Shown here: positions 59,802-64,000 of the stretch, one piece after another
Layout: each line of letters begins with the position of its first letter
Numbering within the stretch: the stretch's first letter is position 1
Origin: a virus
Lineage: Duplodnaviria > Caudoviricetes
Direction: 5' to 3' (one strand)
Virus record (IMG/VR): IMGVR_UViG_3300045580_000473
Coordinates: 32,001 to 96,000 of that record
Length of the DNA: 64,000 nt
Made by a program: the position numbers and the translations under genes
The notes under the pieces: generated by a model
What the model saw: the letters and a program-made list of their open reading frames with translations, nothing else
What the model was told of the DNA's origin: nothing
Databases searched by the model: none

Positions 59802-60007
59802 GGTTGGTCCTTTTTAATCTTGAACGGCCAGAAAACGCGGGCCAGTAGGCACAGCGTCAGAATCGGCCAGATCACGCAGAAGATGATGACGTTTACGGCG
59901 TTGTAGCTCAGCCCGGTAAGCCAACCGACAAATAGCAGCAGGTTTACGCAAGCGTCAAAAACAAAGTCGATAAGGGAATTACCGGATCGAATAGGTGTGT
60001 TGTTCAT
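59786..60007 (-). CDS. Small membrane protein
   Basis: FD.CV..L...G.SY..VNV.IFC.IWP. Confidence 0.7.
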   Translation of the reverse strand: MNNTPIRSGNSLIDFVFDACVNLLLFVGWLTGLSYNAVNVIIFCVIWPILTLCLLARVFWPFKIKKDQPCTAK

Positions 60008-60010
60008 TTG

Positions 60011-60622
60011 TTACTCGTTGTCGTTAAATTCTTTTTCCGCCTCTTCGCACTGGGCGGCGTACTCGTACAGATTGAATACTTGGCAGAGTTTTTCTGGCAC
60101 GTTCTCTGCCAGCCAGTCTTGCGTCATTTCGCGGATGTTAATTGTGTTCTCTTCACCGCCGCGACTGGTCCCGATGAAGCCCATGTCGGGCTCGAAATAG
60201 TACGCTCTGATGCGAAAGCCAAAACCATCGCGGAGGCGGGCGTAAAAGCCGAGCGGCGGAGCCCATGCTGTGCTGAAACTTAACTCAACGTACTTTTTGC
60301 CGTCTTTTTCTTTGATCTCGGCTTTGGGGTCACCTTCGGACTTGCTGCGGCCGAAGTCCCATTTGACGCCCCAGTTTTCACAGCACCAGTCGTACCAATG
60401 GGCAGACCCGTATTTTTCGATATTGGCCTGCTGCTTTTTTTCAAGCTCCGCCTGTTCCGGTGTATCTGCTCCTAACGAGCCGGCAACCGTATCTCTCAAT
60501 TCTTGGGGGCATGGCCAGAATGCGGTCATAGTGGCTCCGCTATTGAATGCGTCGACGAGGCGGCGGAGCATCGTTTCGTCGTCGTTTTCAAACGTAACTA
60601 CGTTCATGCACCAATTAGGCAT
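60011..60622 (-). CDS. DUF1281/YubB ferredoxin-like protein
   Basis: MPNWC.N, WYDW...NWG.KWD, FSTAWAPP, YFEP. Confidence 0.85.
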   Translation of the reverse strand: MPNWCMNVVTFENDDETMLRRLVDAFNSGATMTAFWPCPQELRDTVAGSLGADTPEQAELEKKQQANIEKYGSAHWYDWCCENWGVKWDFGRSKSEGDPKAEIKEKDGKKYVELSFSTAWAPPLGFYARLRDGFGFRIRAYYFEPDMGFIGTSRGGEENTINIREMTQDWLAENVPEKLCQVFNLYEYAAQCEEAEKEFNDNE

Positions 60623-61155
60623 GTGTTTTCTTTCTGTTGTATTTTTCGGATGCGGGTGAGCGTGCGGCTTGTTTTAGCTTCGAGTTCGGCCTGTTCCGCG
60701 ATCCGCAGGTCTTCGAGCCGATCTTCTTCGATCCGCCATTGATGTTCGGCTACGATTTCCGCAATTGAGTGCGTTCGGATTGTCGGCGACACGGCCGCCG
60801 CGAGCGGCTGCATGATGTGGCTTGGGCACGGGATTGCCATGCGACGAATTTCGCTCGTCATCCAGCTTGAAACAAGGTGGGCGTGCCGTGATGTCGTATT
60901 GCTGTACCGGGTTGTATTGACAAAATAAAAATCCGGCACCCGATTTGACATGCCTTGCCGGATGGCGTCGTTAAACACGGCGATACTTAGCGGGTGGTGG
61001 TCGCCGTATGAGTAGGTGATATATGCGTGCCCGAAGTTACGAGCAAAAAACCGCCAACCGTGAACGCCGCGGCCGCCGTATCGTTTACCGCACCGCACCT
61101 CGTAATACTGCAAAAGATAAGGACCGACGTCGTCGTATTTTCGACACGTAATCAT
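60604..61155 (-). CDS. Hypothetical protein
   Basis: YSYG.H.P, YSNTTSRH motifs. Confidence 0.65.
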   Translation of the reverse strand: MITCRKYDDVGPYLLQYYEVRCGKRYGGRGVHGWRFFARNFGHAYITYSYGDHHPLSIAVFNDAIRQGMSNRVPDFYFVNTTRYSNTTSRHAHLVSSWMTSEIRRMAIPCPSHIMQPLAAAVSPTIRTHSIAEIVAEHQWRIEEDRLEDLRIAEQAELEAKTSRTLTRIRKIQQKENTCLIGA

Positions 61156-61565
61156 TCTTTAGCGAGGGCCTGCAGCGGCCCCAGTTTCTCTTCCCATTGG
61201 CTTGCGGCCATGCGAAGAAATTGTGTGTGCTCAGCTTCGTCGCGAAACTGCCGAGTGCGAATGCTCCAAAGGTTTTTACCTTCCAGTTCGAGGCTAAAAA
61301 ACCCGCAGGCTCGAATTTTGAGGGCGAGTCTGAGCGGAGCCGCGAACAGCACGTAAAACCCGTTTGGGTGCCCTTCGCAACTGTAGTGCGTTTGTGCCCC
61401 AAGCTGCTCCAGCAGCAGCACGAAATAGTTGACGCCGCGTTCGAGATTTTCGTTGTAAATCCCGCACGGCGACGATCTGAGGAGTACGAGGTCTTTCGCT
61501 CGGTCCCACGGAAAAGCCCGGCTTAAACGGACCGCACGATTCTTTTTGGTTTTACAAACTTCCAA
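61152..61565 (-). CDS. Hypothetical protein
   Basis: G..T.YSCEGH motif; start uncertain. Confidence 0.6.
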   Translation of the reverse strand: MEVCKTKKNRAVRLSRAFPWDRAKDLVLLRSSPCGIYNENLERGVNYFVLLLEQLGAQTHYSCEGHPNGFYVLFAAPLRLALKIRACGFFSLELEGKNLWSIRTRQFRDEAEHTQFLRMAASQWEEKLGPLQALAKE

Positions 61566-61930
61566 CTGATTTCACTCCCGCTTACGGTAACTTCTAGTTC
61601 GTCGTAACGCCCGAGCTTGGCCAGCCATTCGCGATTGACAGGTACAACTTCTGCAAAGTCGTCACCGCCGACCAGTTCACGGGAATTGTCCCACCAGTCG
61701 TCGTCAATCTTTGGATTGCAATGCTCGGCAAACGCGACGTACGCGGTTTGTTCGCTGGCCATGTCGGTTGGCACGCCATTGGACATTACGTACACGCCTT
61801 GGTCGTGCACGAAGAACAGCCCCGGCACTGGGTTTAGTTCTTCCATCCAACCCATTGACCATTGGGTCGAGTTCAGGGCGTGTTCGACGCACCTGTAAAC
61901 TTCGTCAGATTTGAACACACATGTCGGCAT
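61523..61930 (-). CDS. DUF3085 family protein
   Basis: LFFVHDQGVYVMSNG, A..CNP, GGDDFAE. Confidence 0.85.
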   Translation of the reverse strand: MPTCVFKSDEVYRCVEHALNSTQWSMGWMEELNPVPGLFFVHDQGVYVMSNGVPTDMASEQTAYVAFAEHCNPKIDDDWWDNSRELVGGDDFAEVVPVNREWLAKLGRYDELEVTVSGSEISWKFVKPKRIVRSV

Positions 61931-62282
61931 CTTGTTCCTCCAGTTCCTTTTCTAAGCTCTTTCCACGACCCAGCATCCATCGCTCGGGTTTGATGTTTCC
62001 GTACCAGTCGGCGATCGTCGGAATCTTGCCCAAGTCTTCTTTGACGTGCTGCTCGCCGATATAGCGGACGGGCACCACGCGGCCGTCAGAATTTGTGATT
62101 GTGGTGCCGAACACGCGTTCGCACTCAAATATGCCCTCGCTGTGATGGCGGAGGGCTCGGTGACGGAAGTCGGCCATATGCCGCTTCGATTCGTCAAAAA
62201 AATTGTGAATAGCGATGTAATCTTCGACGCAGCCGCCCCATTTCTGCACAGACGACAGGGCGTGATGGTATGGGTGTGCCAT
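61905..62282 (-). CDS. DUF6915 family protein
   Basis: MAHPYHHALSS..WGG, DFRHRALRHH.EG, GEQHV.ED. Confidence 0.8.
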   Translation of the reverse strand: MAHPYHHALSSVQKWGGCVEDYIAIHNFFDESKRHMADFRHRALRHHSEGIFECERVFGTTITNSDGRVVPVRYIGEQHVKEDLGKIPTIADWYGNIKPERWMLGRGKSLEKELEEQDADMCVQI

Positions 62283-62746
62283 TAATCCTCCTGTGGCGGT
62301 TTGTGGGCCACTTTGCCGGCTAACGCGTCAATCGGTGCCACGTCTTGTTTTTGAGCCGTGGCAAACATTTTTGAGCGAGCCGGGTTGTTGACGTCTTCTT
62401 TTTTTGGCTCGCGTCGTAACAGAGCAAGCATTTCTTCTGTTTCGCCCAGCGATAAAAACCCGACGTGCAAAATTGCAGTTATGGCGGCCGGGTCGTCGTC
62501 ATTTGCTTTCGGCTTTGAAACGGGCAACAAACGGTAATGATTTAACCACGTTTTTAACCAAACGAGCGGTCCGGCCGCGGTAATGAGCAATCCTTTGGCG
62601 TTGTCACTCCGCACACGATTCCTGCTTTTTTTCGCGTATACCCGGCTAAGTTTGACTGCGTGTTCGGACACGAGGTCGCAGTCGAACCATTCTTTGGCTA
62701 TTTGTTGCATGCCTTCCGGCGTGCACATTTGCTCGTGTACGGTCAT
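62282..62746 (-). CDS. Hypothetical protein
   Basis: Operon-packed. Confidence 0.6.
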   Translation of the reverse strand: MTVHEQMCTPEGMQQIAKEWFDCDLVSEHAVKLSRVYAKKSRNRVRSDNAKGLLITAAGPLVWLKTWLNHYRLLPVSKPKANDDDPAAITAILHVGFLSLGETEEMLALLRREPKKEDVNNPARSKMFATAQKQDVAPIDALAGKVAHKPPQED

Positions 62747-62749
62747 GGG

Positions 62750-63013
62750 TTAATCGGTTTCTGTGATTTCGCCGAGCGAATCTAAAATAGAGGCAAGACA
62801 GTCTTTTCGATCGTTGTTGCCGCTGTCGCCCGGAAACAACCGCTCGATCGCCGACGCGATGTGCGTGCCGACGCACCAGCCAATGTCGGCTTCGCCGCTT
62901 TCTTTACCGTCCCAGTACATCTTTTCTTGCACTGTGTCTTCCCGCCATTCGTCGTAATGTTTTAACGACAAGGAAACCGTAAACAGTTTATTGCACTCAA
63001 TGTCTTCACTCAT
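62750..63013 (-). CDS. Hypothetical protein
   Basis: Operon-packed. Confidence 0.6.
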   Translation of the reverse strand: MSEDIECNKLFTVSLSLKHYDEWREDTVQEKMYWDGKESGEADIGWCVGTHIASAIERLFPGDSGNNDRKDCLASILDSLGEITETD

Positions 63014-63022
63014 TTGCGGCTA

Positions 63023-63232
63023 TTACTCGCTTGTGTAAAGGTCGAGGGTCATAGACAGGTCGTCGTGTGTGCCGGACCAGTCATGCTTTCGTTCGACGAC
63101 GTCTGCGGCATGTTCCCACGTTTCGTCGTCTGCTCGTCCAAACTGATCGGCGTTCCACCACGCGATAATGACGCTTTTAGTGCCGCGTCGTTTTTCTGCT
63201 TTCAGGTTTTCGATTGCTTCGTCAATTGTCAT
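63023..63232 (-). CDS. Hypothetical protein
   Basis: Operon-packed. Confidence 0.6.
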   Translation of the reverse strand: MTIDEAIENLKAEKRRGTKSVIIAWWNADQFGRADDETWEHAADVVERKHDWSGTHDDLSMTLDLYTSE

Positions 63233-63578
63233 TTGTTACGGCTGCACCCGACAGGTGCTTGTGAAGTTCTTCTTGCCACACTCGGGCCTGTGAGCCGCGG
63301 CCAAACTTTGTCTGCGACACAATGCCAAAATCGCGGATCATGCTTTCAAGGGCGTCGAGACCGTAGATACCGGCCATCTGGTTGACGGGCTTTCCGTCCG
63401 GGCCAGAAATGGTGTACTTGGGGTCGCTAAAATTGCTCTCGTACACGTTGGTGCAGCGGTCTACCAGTTCTTGCGGGACGCCGACCTCCAGAAATGCTTC
63501 TGGTTTGAAGATCGTGTGTCCGTCACAGACATCGGCAGCCGCCAACACAACATCAGCGGGAATATCAGTCCACTTCAA
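63222..63578 (-). CDS. Hypothetical protein
   Basis: Likely TTG start at 63578 after GAGGAG. Confidence 0.6.
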   Translation of the reverse strand: MKWTDIPADVVLAAADVCDGHTIFKPEAFLEVGVPQELVDRCTNVYESNFSDPKYTISGPDGKPVNQMAGIYGLDALESMIRDFGIVSQTKFGRGSQARVWQEELHKHLSGAAVTNDN

Positions 63579-63804
63579 GGTCTTTCTCCTCTCGCATTTC
63601 TTCTGCTTCGGCGTCGAATGCGTACGTACTCGCCAAAGATTCGCAGTCTTCATATCCGCGGGCGTAGATATCCACGACGACGCCCTCGTCGGTCTTCACG
63701 ATATAGACAGAAAAATCTTTGACGCCGATCCATGTGCTTTCGGCGTCTGAGGCCATTTCGGCGTCAGTCTCTTCGTGGAGTCGTATTCGTTTACGTGTAG
63801 TCAC
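63565..63804 (-). CDS. Hypothetical protein
   Basis: SVYI..TDEGVVVDIY motif. Confidence 0.65.
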   Translation of the reverse strand: MTTRKRIRLHEETDAEMASDAESTWIGVKDFSVYIVKTDEGVVVDIYARGYEDCESLASTYAFDAEAEEMREEKDLEVD

Positions 63805-64000
63805 TGTCTTCGTCCTCGTTGGGCCCCAGCAAGAATTCTGGGATGTCTTCTGTGGTCGCCGTTGTGTCTTCTACGACGTCAATGTTTTCCGCCACCTCGT
63901 CGTATTTCACGGCGTTCATAACGTCTTCGTAGACGCACTGCCGGGCCTCGTCGACCATGTTTTCGTTTTCAAGGTCGACGACGTAACTAATTTTGAACTC
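63791..64000 (-). CDS. Partial acidic hypothetical protein (5' end outside the window)
   Basis: Open frame EFKISYVVDLENENMVDEARQCV... ending at TAA 63791. Confidence 0.55.
   Translation of the reverse strand, partial: EFKISYVVDLENENMVDEARQCVYEDVMNAVKYDEVAENIDVVEDTTATTEDIPEFLLGPNEDEDSDYT

Overview
64 kb segment of a large tailed dsDNA phage genome, with essentially every gene on the minus strand. I see no integrase, capsid or terminase here. Reading in the direction of transcription (right to left) there are four blocks. (1) About 41-64 kb is a dense accessory/early region of small ORFs: DUF6915-, DUF3085- and DUF1281-like proteins, a SAM methyltransferase, a SEC-C protein, an HTH/deoxyhypusine-synthase-like fusion, a DEDDh exonuclease, a MazG-like protein, tRNA-Gln(UUG) and an adjacent tRNA-like RNA. 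(2) About 24-41 kb is a replication/recombination operon: SbcD, SbcC, an IS110/Nop-like protein, a small RAMP (Cas7-like) protein, an SF2 helicase with a class 3 intein, a DnaB-like helicase, primase, a UDG-PolA fusion polymerase, a putative SSB and a RecA-like protein. (3) About 13-24 kb holds hypotheticals, including a RuvC-like resolvase. (4) About 0-13 kb holds a putative portal, a glycosyltransferase, an HD hydrolase, thymidylate kinase, cytidine deaminase, two paralogous collagen-like fibres and a 5-repeat propeller. The most interesting signals are the adjacent Nop-like and RAMP-like genes inside the replication operon, an integron attC-like hairpin in an array of small genes that share a C-terminal module and RBS junction, a DGR-like NNC/NNT variation pattern in the propeller repeats, and a 141-nt tRNA-like RNA. 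All homology calls come from motif recognition by eye, not from searches. A Planctomycetota host is only a weak guess.
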